From Deltaproteobacteria bacterium (GTDB lineage: Bacteria; Myxococcota; Kuafuiibacteriia; Kuafuiibacteriales; Kuafuiibacteriaceae), in the NCBI GenBank assembly GCA_040218735.1, contig JAVJQW010000012.1, forward strand, positions 192,001-256,000: a DNA stretch of 64,000 bases, in the 5' to 3' direction. Of this stretch, positions 9,534-19,031 are shown piece by piece; within the stretch, counting starts at the first letter, position 1, and each line of letters opens with the position of its first letter. The position numbers and the translations under genes are program-made. The notes under the pieces are model-generated. The model did no database searches and was not told the DNA's origin. It saw nothing but the letters and a program-made list of their open reading frames with translations.

Positions 9534-10685
9534 GTGCGAGACTTCGACGTCGTCGTCTACGGAGCGACCGGCTTCACCGGCCAGCTCGTCGCCGAGTACA
9601 TGGCCAAGAAGGGTGAGGTCGCGCCCGAGCGCTGGGCACTCGCGGGGCGGAACACCTCGAAGCTGGAGGCGGTGCGCGATGAGATCGCGAAGATCGACGA
9701 GCGGCTCGCTTCGATCGCCGTCGTCCAGGCGAGCGCGGACGACCCCGCGTCGCTGCGCGCGATGGCGGCGCAGACGAAGGTCGTGCTGACGACGGTCGGT
9801 CCGTTCATTCGCTACGGTGAGCCGCTGGTCGAGGCGTGTGTCGCGGAGGGCACGCACTACGTCGACATCACCGGCGAGCCGGAGTTCGTCACGAACATCG
9901 AGCGGCGGTTCGGCGAAGAGGCGAAGGCGAAGAAGCTCAAGATCGTGTCGTGCTGCGGGTTCGACAGCATCCCGCACGACCTCGGCGTGTTGTACACCGT
10001 CGAGCAGCTCGCCCCGTTCGAGTCGATCGAGATCTGTGGCTACGTCTGGGCGAGCGGCAACTTCTCCGGCGGCACTTGGAACTCCGCGGTCGACGCGTTC
10101 GAGCGGATGCGCGACCAGCCGAAGGCGCAGCACGAAGCGCCGGTCGGCGATCGCAAGGTCGGCTCGGTGAAGAAGAACGTGCACCGCGTCGACTCGATGA
10201 AGCGCTGGGCCGCGCCGATGCCGACGATCGATCCACAGATCGTGAAGAAGAGCGCGCGTCGGATCGAGCGCTACGGGAAGTCGTTCCGGTACGGGCACTA
10301 CGTGACGGTGAAGTCGCTCCCCACGCTGGTCGGGCTCGGCGCCGCGGTCGGTGGCGCCGTCGCGGTCGCGCAGGTCGGGCCGGGTGCGAAGCTACTCCGA
10401 AAGCTCAAGTCCCCCGGCGAGGGGCCCACGCCCGAAGAGCGTGCGAAGGCGCGGTTCTCGGTGACGTTCGAGGCGGTCGCGGACGGCAACAAGCTCCGCA
10501 CGCGCGTCTCGGGAGGGGATCCGGGCTACGACGAGACCGCGAAGATGATCGCGGAGTCGGCCGCGTGTATCGCGTTCGACGACACGCCGGACGGCTTCGG
10601 CGTCACGACCACCGCGCACGCGATGGGGCAGCCGCTGATCGACCGCCTCGTCGCCGCCGGGATGGTGTTCGAAACGCTGACTTGA
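9534..10685 (+). CDS. Saccharopine dehydrogenase-like oxidoreductase
   Basis: GTG start; VVVYGATGFTG, LAGRN, TTVGPF, HYVDITGE, CGFDSIPHDLG, GDPGYDET. Confidence 0.88.
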   Translation: MRDFDVVVYGATGFTGQLVAEYMAKKGEVAPERWALAGRNTSKLEAVRDEIAKIDERLASIAVVQASADDPASLRAMAAQTKVVLTTVGPFIRYGEPLVEACVAEGTHYVDITGEPEFVTNIERRFGEEAKAKKLKIVSCCGFDSIPHDLGVLYTVEQLAPFESIEICGYVWASGNFSGGTWNSAVDAFERMRDQPKAQHEAPVGDRKVGSVKKNVHRVDSMKRWAAPMPTIDPQIVKKSARRIERYGKSFRYGHYVTVKSLPTLVGLGAAVGGAVAVAQVGPGAKLLRKLKSPGEGPTPEERAKARFSVTFEAVADGNKLRTRVSGGDPGYDETAKMIAESAACIAFDDTPDGFGVTTTAHAMGQPLIDRLVAAGMVFETLT

Positions 10686-10719
10686 CTCCCAGACCGGATC
10701 CGCGGCGCGATGCCGCGCG

Positions 10720-12168
10720 ATGCGGTTCCTGCACCCCGAACACGACGAACACCTCGAGCTGTCGCTGGACGACGTCTTCATCGTCCCGCAGATGTTCGAG
10801 GGGGTCTCGCGCCTCGACGTCGATCTGACCCCGGCCGACTTCCCCGGCGGCTCGCACCCGATCGTCGCGGCCAACATGAACGGCGTCACCGGCAAACGCA
10901 TGGCCGAGACCATGGCGCGCCTCGGTGGACTGGGCGTCCTGCCGCAGGACATGGACCTGACGACGGTCGAGCGCATCGTCAAACACATCAAGCAGGCCGA
11001 CACCCGCTACGACACCCCGCTGGAGGTCCGACCGACCGCCACCATCCGCGACGTGCAGGGCATCATCCGGAAGCGCTCGCACGGGATGGTGATCGTCGTC
11101 GACGCCGAGCGGCGCCCGGTCGGGCTCATCACGCAACACGACTTGCGCGAGCACGATCAGTACACCCCGGCCGAGCACATCATGTCCCGGCGCCTCGCGA
11201 CGCTCCCCCTCGGGACCTCGAACCGCGAGGCGTTTCTGTTCATGACCGAGGAGCGGCTCAAGGCGACGCCGGTCGTCGACGCCGAAGGTCGCCTCGCCGG
11301 CATCCTCACGCGCGACGACGCGGTGCGGTTGGAGGTCTTGAAACCTTCGCTCAACGCCGACGGCGAGTTGATGGTGACGGCGGCGGTGGGGATCTCTTCG
11401 CAGGCGCCGAAGATCGCGGGGGCGCTGATGGAGCTCGGCGTCGATGCGCTCGTGCTCGACACCGCCCACGGTCACCAGCGGCGGATGCTGGAGGCGATCG
11501 CCGCGGTGAAGGAGGTGGTCGGCGACCGCCTCCCGATCGTCGCCGGCAACGTCTGCACGGCGGAGGGCACCGACGCACTCCTCGACGCGGGCGCGGACGT
11601 CATCAAGGTCAACGTCGGCCCCGGCGCGATGTGCACGACGCGCATGCAGACCGGCGTGGGGCGCCCGACGTTTTCTTCGGTCCGGGTCTGCGCGGCGGCG
11701 GCGCGCAAACGCGGCGCCGGAGTGTGGGCGGACGGCGGCGTGCGGCACCCGCGCGACGTCGCGCTGTACCTCGCGGCCGGCGCTTCACGCGTGATGGTCG
11801 GCACCGCGCTCGCCGGGACTTACGAGAGCCCGGGCGACATCAAGGAAGACCACGAGGGGCTGCTCTACAAGGAGAACTACGGCATGGCGAGCGCGCGCGC
11901 GGTGAAGTTCCGCACGTCCCAGCTCGACGCGTTCGAGCAAGCCAAGAAGGGCTTCTTCCGCGAGGGCATCTCTTCGTCGCGCATCTATCTACGACCCGGG
12001 TTCGAGAGCGTCGGTGCGATCGTCCTCGACGCGATCACCGGGCTGCAGTCGGCGCTGACGTACACGGGTGCGCGCACCCTCGACGATCTGCACGAGCGGG
12101 CGCTGATCGGGGTCCAGACCGCGGGGGGCTACGGCGAGGGGACGCCCCACGGGGCCGTGCGGCGCTGA
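10720..12168 (+). CDS. guaB1: GuaB1-family IMPDH/GMP reductase with CBS domains
   Basis: ELSLDDVFIVP, ANMNGVTGKRMAETMARLGG, DTAHGHQ, VGPGAMCTTRMQTGVGRP, WADGGVRHPRDVALYLAAGA. Confidence 0.88.
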   Translation: MRFLHPEHDEHLELSLDDVFIVPQMFEGVSRLDVDLTPADFPGGSHPIVAANMNGVTGKRMAETMARLGGLGVLPQDMDLTTVERIVKHIKQADTRYDTPLEVRPTATIRDVQGIIRKRSHGMVIVVDAERRPVGLITQHDLREHDQYTPAEHIMSRRLATLPLGTSNREAFLFMTEERLKATPVVDAEGRLAGILTRDDAVRLEVLKPSLNADGELMVTAAVGISSQAPKIAGALMELGVDALVLDTAHGHQRRMLEAIAAVKEVVGDRLPIVAGNVCTAEGTDALLDAGADVIKVNVGPGAMCTTRMQTGVGRPTFSSVRVCAAAARKRGAGVWADGGVRHPRDVALYLAAGASRVMVGTALAGTYESPGDIKEDHEGLLYKENYGMASARAVKFRTSQLDAFEQAKKGFFREGISSSRIYLRPGFESVGAIVLDAITGLQSALTYTGARTLDDLHERALIGVQTAGGYGEGTPHGAVRR

Positions 12169-12220
12169 AGCAGGAGGTTGGCCATTGCGGTCACCACGAG
12201 TAGGCTCGACACCGAACGCG

Positions 12221-13567
12221 ATGCGCGTGGCCATCCCGCTGCTGATCGTCCTGAGCATGGCGAGCGCCTGCCGGTTGAACCCGGAGTGCTTCGGACAAAA
12301 CGAATGCGACCCCGGGCTGCTGTGCCTCGAGGGTCGCTGCCGTGACGGTCCGCGGGACGGCGGCGTCTTCGTCAACGACTGCACCTGGTACGGCGACGTC
12401 CTGCCGATCATGGAGCAGTACTGCGACAACTGCCACGGCGTCCCGACCGCGAGCGGCGCTCCGATCTCCCTCGTCACGTACGAGCAAGTGACCGCGGTGA
12501 ACGGCGCGGGTGTGCCGTACTACGACCGCATCGCGGAGCGTGTCCTCGCAGGCGCGATGCCGCCGTCCCCGCCGCAGCCCTCGGCCGCGCAGCAGGAGTG
12601 TCTGCGGACGTGGGCCCTCGCGGGCGCACCGATCGGCGTGATGCCTCCGCGCGACGGCGGACCTCGGGACGGTGGACCTCCGCGCGACGGCGGCCCCCCG
12701 CGCGACGGCGGACCGGTGAACCCGGTGCCGATGATCGGGCAGTCCGTCGCGCTGGGCTTCGGCTACAACCAGGGTGAAGGGCCGGTGTACCGGCAGCGGA
12801 CGAACGAAATGCTCTACGTCGACGTCCCGGGGAACACGATGTACCGGTACACGCCCGGCAACGCGATGCCGACGGTCTTCATGGCGAACCTCGCCGGGCC
12901 CGCTGCGCTTCGACTCGATCCGCAAGGCAACTTGCTGATCACGGAGAGCAACAACCGGTACGTGTCGATCCTCATGGACGACATCGGTCCGCCGGCCGCG
13001 TACATCGAGACGTTCAACGGGATGCGCTTCAACGGCCCGAACGACATGGCGGTCGGGCAGGACGGGACGATCTACTTCACGGACCCCGCGGTGTACGTGC
13101 TGGGGCGTCCGCCGATGGGCTCCGAGACAGGCGTCGCTGCGGTGTACCGGCGCGCGCCGAACGGCACCGTCACACAGGAAGCCACCTACGCGATCGACGA
13201 CACGCCGAACGGCATCGAGCTGTCGCTCGACGAGACCGCGCTGTTCGTGACGTTCACGGACCTCGGTGTTCTTCGGCGCTTCGACGTGATGGGGGATGGC
13301 TCGCTCGCCAACGAGCAGGACTACGCGACGATGAACCTCGGTATCGCGGACGGCATGACGCACGACGAAGCCGGTAACCTCTACGTCGGCTACGACATGG
13401 GGATCGCGGTCTTCGACCCGGCGGGCGAGCGATGGGGCAACTACGTGGTGGGGCAGGCGGTGAGTAACGTCGCGTTCGGCGGTCCGCTGCGGGACACGCT
13501 CTACTTCACGACGGGCACGCAGTTCCTGTCGGCGCCCGTCGGAGTGCGCGGGTCGCCGCTGCGCTGA
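12221..13567 (+). CDS. Secreted SMP-30/gluconolactonase beta-propeller with N-terminal Cys-rich and heme c (CxxCH) domains
   Basis: Lipobox ASAC; CDNCH; PRDGG linker; EGPVY, FNGPNDM, IYFTDP, PNGIELS, ADGMTHD. Confidence 0.8.
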   Translation: MRVAIPLLIVLSMASACRLNPECFGQNECDPGLLCLEGRCRDGPRDGGVFVNDCTWYGDVLPIMEQYCDNCHGVPTASGAPISLVTYEQVTAVNGAGVPYYDRIAERVLAGAMPPSPPQPSAAQQECLRTWALAGAPIGVMPPRDGGPRDGGPPRDGGPPRDGGPVNPVPMIGQSVALGFGYNQGEGPVYRQRTNEMLYVDVPGNTMYRYTPGNAMPTVFMANLAGPAALRLDPQGNLLITESNNRYVSILMDDIGPPAAYIETFNGMRFNGPNDMAVGQDGTIYFTDPAVYVLGRPPMGSETGVAAVYRRAPNGTVTQEATYAIDDTPNGIELSLDETALFVTFTDLGVLRRFDVMGDGSLANEQDYATMNLGIADGMTHDEAGNLYVGYDMGIAVFDPAGERWGNYVVGQAVSNVAFGGPLRDTLYFTTGTQFLSAPVGVRGSPLR

Positions 13568-13570
13568 CGC

Positions 13571-14836
13571 CTACTGCGCGCAGACCGCGAAGGCGCGAAC
13601 CGTACCGAGCGTCGCGTTCGTGAACACGCAGGTGAAGCTGTCGGTGGTGAGGTCCGGCTCGCTCGAGTTGAGCACGGGCAGGAGCGCCGACGCGTTGCAG
13701 CCGCCCGAGACGAGGCTCTCGCCCGGGTTGCAGGTCGCGACGACGGTGACATCGCCGGCCAAGGTCGCGGCCTGCGAGGCTTCGCGGCGGACGAGGTTCG
13801 ACGCCACCGGCGCGCCGTTGCACGCGTAGGACGTCGAGGCACCGACGGAGAGCGAGGTGCCGCCGAACGGGCAGTTCGGATCGCCGGGCGCGAGCGCCGC
13901 GAGTGAGACGGAGGCGCCCTGCGGACCCTGGATGCCCTGCGGGCCGGTGGCACCGGTCGCGCCGGTCGGACCTGCGACGCCCTGCGGACCTGCGGGTCCC
14001 TGTGCGCCGATCGCGCCCGGCGCGCCGGCCGGACCGGGGTCACCCGCCGGTCCTTGCGGTCCCGCCGCGCCCTGGGCTCCGGTCGCGCCGGGCGGGCCCG
14101 CCGGACCTTGGATGCCTTGCTGGCCGATCGGCCCCTGCGGACCGGCGGCGCCATTGCAAACCGGGGTCACGCTGCCGTCGGCTTCGACGACCTGAACGCC
14201 ACCGGTCGGGCACGACGCGTCGCCGGACGCGAGCGGGGCGACGGTCACGCCATCGCCGGAGGCCCCCTTGGGACCCGCGACGCCCTGCACGCCGGGCGGG
14301 CCGGCGGGACCGGCGGGGCCGCGAGCGCCTTCGGGCAGATCGGCGCACGACCACTTCTGCATCTCTTCGTGAAAGACGACCGTCTGGCCGTCACCACACG
14401 GATCGTTCACCGTCGGATACCGCGGGTCGTCGTCGAGCGAGGACTTGATGTCGTCGTCGTTGAGGACGTTGTCGGCGTACGCGGCACGCAGCGCGTAGGG
14501 CACGGAGCGGAAAGGCAGGCGCGGCTCGAGCTCGGCGTCGTTGCCAATGCGCATCCCGAGGTACAGACCGCTGGCGCTCACGACGAGCTCGGGCGTCACC
14601 TGGAGGAGCTCGACCTGAACGACACCGTCCTCGACGTCGACGACGCTCGACTGCTCCCACATCGGCTCGCCGCCTTCCATGGATTCGTACAGCGCGAAGT
14701 GGAGCGTCATCTCGCCGTTGGGGATGGCGCCGCCCTTTCCGCGGATCTCCGCCTCGAGCATCAAGCTCTCAGGAACATCAGCGTAGACGGGGGCCGCGAA
14801 GAGCGTCGCGGCGGCGATGAGCGACATGCGGTTCAC
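13571..14836 (-). CDS. Secreted collagen-like fibre protein
   Basis: Signal peptide; Gly-X-Y runs; two CPxGG...CNG modules; N-terminal domain ending [14 protein letters not shown]. Confidence 0.8.
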   Translation of the reverse strand: MNRMSLIAAATLFAAPVYADVPESLMLEAEIRGKGGAIPNGEMTLHFALYESMEGGEPMWEQSSVVDVEDGVVQVELLQVTPELVVSASGLYLGMRIGNDAELEPRLPFRSVPYALRAAYADNVLNDDDIKSSLDDDPRYPTVNDPCGDGQTVVFHEEMQKWSCADLPEGARGPAGPAGPPGVQGVAGPKGASGDGVTVAPLASGDASCPTGGVQVVEADGSVTPVCNGAAGPQGPIGQQGIQGPAGPPGATGAQGAAGPQGPAGDPGPAGAPGAIGAQGPAGPQGVAGPTGATGATGPQGIQGPQGASVSLAALAPGDPNCPFGGTSLSVGASTSYACNGAPVASNLVRREASQAATLAGDVTVVATCNPGESLVSGGCNASALLPVLNSSEPDLTTDSFTCVFTNATLGTVRAFAVCAQ

Positions 14837-15090
14837 AGTTCACCTCCCTGGTTGACGACGCGCGGCGGGCGGGTCTGCACGGTGTTTCCGTCTCCCTGTA
14901 GCTTCCCGGGCGCGATGTTCCCCGCGCGGACGCGGACCTGGTACTTGCTCGACTGCATCGTTCCGCTCGCAAACGGGACGATCGCCTGACTCTGTTCGTC
15001 CGCGACCCTGAACAACGCGTCGCGGTCGCAGCCAGCGAGGCCGAAGGCGATGAAGGCGCCCAGGCCCAACGAAAAAAGAGACCTCTTCAT
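14833..15090 (-). CDS. Small lipoprotein, hypothetical
   Basis: MKRSLF...LAGC lipobox; stop overlaps start of the collagen-like gene. Confidence 0.65.
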   Translation of the reverse strand: MKRSLFSLGLGAFIAFGLAGCDRDALFRVADEQSQAIVPFASGTMQSSKYQVRVRAGNIAPGKLQGDGNTVQTRPPRVVNQGGEL

Positions 15091-15237
15091 GCCCGAGTCC
15101 ATCGACGCATCTCGACGAAACGAGAGCGGACGTCTCGACACGATCCGAAAACTCTTGAGGAGAAAGTGAGGCGTGTCTCGAACGCGATCGGTCGTGACGC
15201 GTCCTGAGACGGTGGCGACGAACCGCGTGTGTGCGGC

Positions 15238-16605
15238 TCAGCTCTTGAGTCCGAGGACGTCCTTCAAGAACCCCGTGTCGTGCGTTCCGTTCGCGAACGT
15301 CTCGTTGGAGACGATCGGCCCGAAGACGCCGAGGTTCGTCTTGATGCCTTCGATCTTCGACTTGGCGATCGCATCTTCGAGCTTCTGCCTCGCTTCGGCA
15401 CGCGTCGGTGCGTGCACGATCATCTTCGCGAGGAGTGAGTCGTAGTACGGCGTGATCACGCTGCCGCTCACGACGCCGGAGTCGACGCGCACGCCCTCCC
15501 CTTCGAACAGGTCGGCGGTGGTGATCGTGCCGGGCGACGGGAAGAACCGTTTGTCCGGGTCCTCGGCGCAGATGCGCGCTTCGATCGCGTGGCCCGAGAA
15601 CGTCGGCGAGAGCGCCTCCGGTGGGAGCGCTTCACCCGCAGCGACACGCAGCTGAAGCTCCACGAGATCGAGCCCGGTGACGAGCTCCGTGACCGGGTGC
15701 TCGACCTGCAGGCGCGCGTTGACCTCCAGAAAGAAGAACTGCCCCTGCACGTCGCCGGCGCCCGCGAAGATCATCTCGACGGTGCCCGCGTTGACGTAGT
15801 TCGCGGCCTTCGCGAGGCGCACCGCGGCGTCCAGCATCGCGGCGCGCGTCGGCTCGTCGATGCGCGGCGACGGCGACTCTTCGACGACCTTCTGGTGGCG
15901 GCGCTGCACGGTGCAGTCGCGCTCGCCGAGCGCGACGACGTTGCCGTGTCCGTCCGCGATGATCTGCACCTCGACGTGCGCGGGCGCTTCGATCAACTTC
16001 TCGACATAGACCGTGTCGTCGCCGAAGAAGGTGCTGCCCTTCTTCATCGCATCTTCGAGGGCGCGCTCCAGCTTGTCCTCCTTCTTGACGATCGACATCC
16101 CGATGCCGCCACCACCCGCGGACGCCTTGAGGAGCACCGGGTAGCCGATCTTCGCGGCGGCCGCCTTGGCCTCCTCGAGCGAGGACACCGCGGCGGAGCC
16201 GGGGACGGTCGGGACGTTTGCGCCCTCGGCGAGCGCGCGCGCTTCGAGTTTGCTGCCGACCATCGCCATCGTCTCGGGTGACGGTCCGACGAACACGATC
16301 CCCGCATCCGAGACCGCGCGAGCGAAGGCGGCGTTCTCGGAGAGGAAGCCGTAGCCCGGGTGGATGGCCTGGGCGCCGGTCTTCTTCGCGACCCCGAGGA
16401 TCTTGTCCGCAGCGAGGTAGCTCTCCTTGGGCGCGGCCGGTCCGATGACGTGATGTTCGTCGGCTTCGCGCGCGAAGGGAGCGTCGGCGTCCGGCTCGCT
16501 GCACACCGCGATGGTGTGGATGCCGAGGTGCTGCGCCGTGCGGTTCACGCGGCGGGCGATCTCGCCGCGGTTGGCGATGAGGAGCTTGTCGAAGGGTCGG
16601 CTCAT
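15238..16605 (-). CDS. Biotin carboxylase (acyl-CoA carboxylase alpha/AccC type, no biotinyl domain)
   Basis: LLIANRGEIA, IHPGYGFLSENA, KASAGGGGIGM, ERDCTVQRRHQK, FLEVNARLQVEHPVTE, YYDSLLAK. Confidence 0.92.
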   Translation of the reverse strand: MSRPFDKLLIANRGEIARRVNRTAQHLGIHTIAVCSEPDADAPFAREADEHHVIGPAAPKESYLAADKILGVAKKTGAQAIHPGYGFLSENAAFARAVSDAGIVFVGPSPETMAMVGSKLEARALAEGANVPTVPGSAAVSSLEEAKAAAAKIGYPVLLKASAGGGGIGMSIVKKEDKLERALEDAMKKGSTFFGDDTVYVEKLIEAPAHVEVQIIADGHGNVVALGERDCTVQRRHQKVVEESPSPRIDEPTRAAMLDAAVRLAKAANYVNAGTVEMIFAGAGDVQGQFFFLEVNARLQVEHPVTELVTGLDLVELQLRVAAGEALPPEALSPTFSGHAIEARICAEDPDKRFFPSPGTITTADLFEGEGVRVDSGVVSGSVITPYYDSLLAKMIVHAPTRAEARQKLEDAIAKSKIEGIKTNLGVFGPIVSNETFANGTHDTGFLKDVLGLKS

Positions 16606-16606
16606 G

Positions 16607-17389
16607 TCACTTGCCCTTGAAGACCGGGTCGCGCTTCTCGAAGAACGCCGCGACGCCTTCGGCGGCGTCCTCGAGCATCGCGTTGATGGTGATGAGGCCC
16701 TGCAGGTGGGCGAACGCGCCGTCGATCGGCATGCCCTCCTGCTGGACGAGCGAGCGGCGCCCGAGGCGCAGCACCGCGGGGGAGTAGCCGGCGAGCTTCT
16801 TCGCGGCGGCTTCGACGGCTTCGTCGAACGCCTCTTCCGGAACGGCCTGGTTCACGAGGCCGATCGCCTCGGCTTTGTCGGCGAGGAAGACCTCGCCCAT
16901 GAGCATCATCTCCCACGCCTGACGACGGGGGACGGTGCGGAGGATCAGCGCGCTGATCATGAACGGGAACAGCCCGCGTTTGATCTCGGGTGTGCCGAAC
17001 TTCGAGCCGGCCTTCGCGATCGCGAGGTCACACGCGAGCATCAGGCCGAGGCCGCCGGCGACGCAGTGACCGTTGACCGCGCAGAGCGTCGGCTTGCTGA
17101 GGTTCAGGATTCGTTTGAAGAGCTCCGGGAAGAGGCCGCGGGCTTCGTGCGTCGCGAGGAAGCTGTCGCCGCCGGCCATCCCGCCGAGGTCCGCGCCCGC
17201 ACAGAAGGCCTTGTCCCCGGCGCCGCGGAGAACGACGACGCACGCGTCTTGGTCTTCGTCGGCGCGCGTGAAGGCGTCGGTGAGCTCCTCGAGCATCTTC
17301 GCGTTGAGCGCGTTGCGCTTCTCGGGGCGGTTGAGGGTGATGCGGATGATGCGGTCCGCGCTGTCGTAGAGGATCGTCTCGTAGCTCAC
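16607..17389 (-). CDS. Enoyl-CoA hydratase/isomerase family protein
   Basis: GTG start overlapping TetR stop; ITLNRPEKRNAL, AFCAGADL, VNGHCVAGG, FGTPEIKRG. Confidence 0.9.
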   Translation of the reverse strand: MSYETILYDSADRIIRITLNRPEKRNALNAKMLEELTDAFTRADEDQDACVVVLRGAGDKAFCAGADLGGMAGGDSFLATHEARGLFPELFKRILNLSKPTLCAVNGHCVAGGLGLMLACDLAIAKAGSKFGTPEIKRGLFPFMISALILRTVPRRQAWEMMLMGEVFLADKAEAIGLVNQAVPEEAFDEAVEAAAKKLAGYSPAVLRLGRRSLVQQEGMPIDGAFAHLQGLITINAMLEDAAEGVAAFFEKRDPVFKGK

Positions 17390-18021
17390 TTCGCAGGGTC
17401 CTTGATCATGCCGTTCAGCATGATGCGGTTGACGGTGTGTTTGACGCGCTCGGTCTCTTCCTTCGTGTTGCACTGAATCGCGCCGAGCATGAAGCCGGTG
17501 CACACGGTCTCGAGCGCGCCGAAGAAAGTGTACGCGCCGACCAGGGGATCGAGCGTCGCGTCGAGCTCGCCGGATTGTTGGCCCTGCTCGATGATCGCGT
17601 GGACCACGCCGAAGGCGTCGGTGAATGCGGTGATCTTTTCGGAGTGCACGAAGCGGTCGGAGCGCGAGATCTCCTGGATGATGACCTGGATGATGCTCGG
17701 CGCGACCTCCAGGGCGTCGATGAGGAGCGCGGAGACACTCGAGAGTTTGTCGGCGGCCGCCATGTCCGGGTTGTCGCGCAGGTCCTGCAGCACCTTCATG
17801 AAGACGCTCCAGTTCTCGTCGAACACCGAGTTGAGGACGTCGTCCTTGCTGTCGAAGTAGTGGTAGATCAGGCCGTAGGCGACGCCGGCCTGTTTGGCGA
17901 TGTCCGAGACGCGGGTGCGGTGGAAGCCGCGCTCGGCGAAGACTTCGACGGCGGCTTTGAGGATCTGCTTCTTCCGGTCCGCGGCGACATCCGCCTGCGT
18001 TCGTTTCTCCGGTCGGCCCAT
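17386..18021 (-). CDS. TetR/AcrR family transcriptional regulator
   Basis: ILKAAVEVFAERGFHRTRVSDIAKQAGVAYGLIYHYFDSK HTH. Confidence 0.92.
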   Translation of the reverse strand: MGRPEKRTQADVAADRKKQILKAAVEVFAERGFHRTRVSDIAKQAGVAYGLIYHYFDSKDDVLNSVFDENWSVFMKVLQDLRDNPDMAAADKLSSVSALLIDALEVAPSIIQVIIQEISRSDRFVHSEKITAFTDAFGVVHAIIEQGQQSGELDATLDPLVGAYTFFGALETVCTGFMLGAIQCNTKEETERVKHTVNRIMLNGMIKDPAK

Positions 18022-18036
18022 GGCGATGCCCCTCTT

Positions 18037-18058
18037 TGACTCGTTGATTGACGAGTCA
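18037..18058. promoter_or_regulatory. Inverted repeat, probable TetR operator
   Basis: TGACTCGT-N6-ACGAGTCA, perfect 8-bp arms, just upstream of the TetR start. Confidence 0.7.
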
Positions 18059-18137
18059 GTCGACACGTTCTCTAGGGGGCGGAGGCGCGCTGCGTCAACG
18101 GCGGGGTCCGTGTAATCTTACTGTCTGCTTACCGGCG

Positions 18138-18166
18138 TACACGGCGCCCAACGTTCGTGCGATAAC
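18138..18166 (+). promoter_or_regulatory. Sigma28-like promoter candidate (possibly leaderless transcript)
   Basis: TACA-N16-TGCGATAAC ending 6 nt before ATG 18173; no SD. Confidence 0.45.
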
Positions 18167-18172
18167 ACTTTC

Positions 18173-18475
18173 ATGCTTCGTTTCGCCAGCGCCGCCGAGC
18201 TCGAACGCACCATCCTCCAGGACGGCAACGTCGCCAACGCCCTCGCGGACCACGTCGACCCCCGCATCAAGGAGCAGCTGAAGGCCGCCGAGGCCGAGCG
18301 CATGGACGTCGCCGCGTCGGACCGCCTCGAGGCGCGTGACGCGGTGCAGCGTGACCGCGCGATCGCGGAGACGACCGGCGCCGAGCCGGACCTGTCGTCC
18401 GCGGGGACGGGCTTCGACCCCGAGGCGCAGCAGACGTACGCCACGCTGCGCTCGAACGAGCCGATCCGAGGCTAG
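18173..18475 (+). CDS. Hypothetical 100-aa protein (paralogue A)
   Basis: Typical GC3-rich codons; followed by terminator; aligns with 18684-19007. Confidence 0.75.
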   Translation: MLRFASAAELERTILQDGNVANALADHVDPRIKEQLKAAEAERMDVAASDRLEARDAVQRDRAIAETTGAEPDLSSAGTGFDPEAQQTYATLRSNEPIRG

Positions 18476-18513
18476 ATTCGCGGATCACGAAAACCGAGCG
18501 ACATCCGCAGGTT

Positions 18514-18555
18514 GCGCGTCCGGGCCCCGAGCCTGGGCGCGCTTTTTTCGTTTTT
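18514..18555 (+). terminator. Intrinsic terminator
   Basis: GCGCGTCCGGGC-loop-GCCTGGGCGCGC followed by TTTTTTCGTTTTT. Confidence 0.7.
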
Positions 18556-18560
18556 CCGCA

Positions 18561-18660
18561 CAACGTCTCACCTTGTAGGACGATAACCACATCCGAACGT
18601 CAAAAATCGTGATCTGCGCCTGAACTTTTCTAGCAACGGTTCGCGCCCGGCACCGATAAC
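18561..18660 (+). promoter_or_regulatory. Two copies of CAACG-N15-CGATAAC (sigma28-like promoter candidates)
   Basis: 18561-18587 and 18634-18660, identical ends and spacing. Confidence 0.55.
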
Positions 18661-18683
18661 GTTCATGCAAGGCGGAGATAACT

Positions 18684-19007
18684 ATGTGGGATATCACGGG
18701 AACGCAGACGGCAAACTTCATCCTCGACGGGAACGGCACCGGTGGCTCCGTCGCTGAGCGCCTCGGCATCAGCTGGTCGGACACGAACCGCCGCATCCAG
18801 TTCCTCGAGCAGGAAGCGGACGCGCGTGAGCTGACCGCCTTCCGCCGCGACAAGATGGAGACGGTCCGCGCGGACAAGCAGGACCACGTCCGTGAGGTCA
18901 CCACCGGCGTCGAGCGCAACATGAACGTCGCCAACGCGGGCAGCAACCCGGCCGCGCGTCAGAACTTCGCGTCCCTCGCCGCCCTCTCGGGCCGCATCGC
19001 CGCGTAA
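18684..19007 (+). CDS. Hypothetical 107-aa protein (paralogue B)
   Basis: SD-like GGCGGAG before ATG; biased codons; TAA stop and terminator; aligns with 18173-18475. Confidence 0.8.
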   Translation: MWDITGTQTANFILDGNGTGGSVAERLGISWSDTNRRIQFLEQEADARELTAFRRDKMETVRADKQDHVREVTTGVERNMNVANAGSNPAARQNFASLAALSGRIAA

Positions 19008-19031
19008 GTCGAAAACCCCAGCCTCGATACG

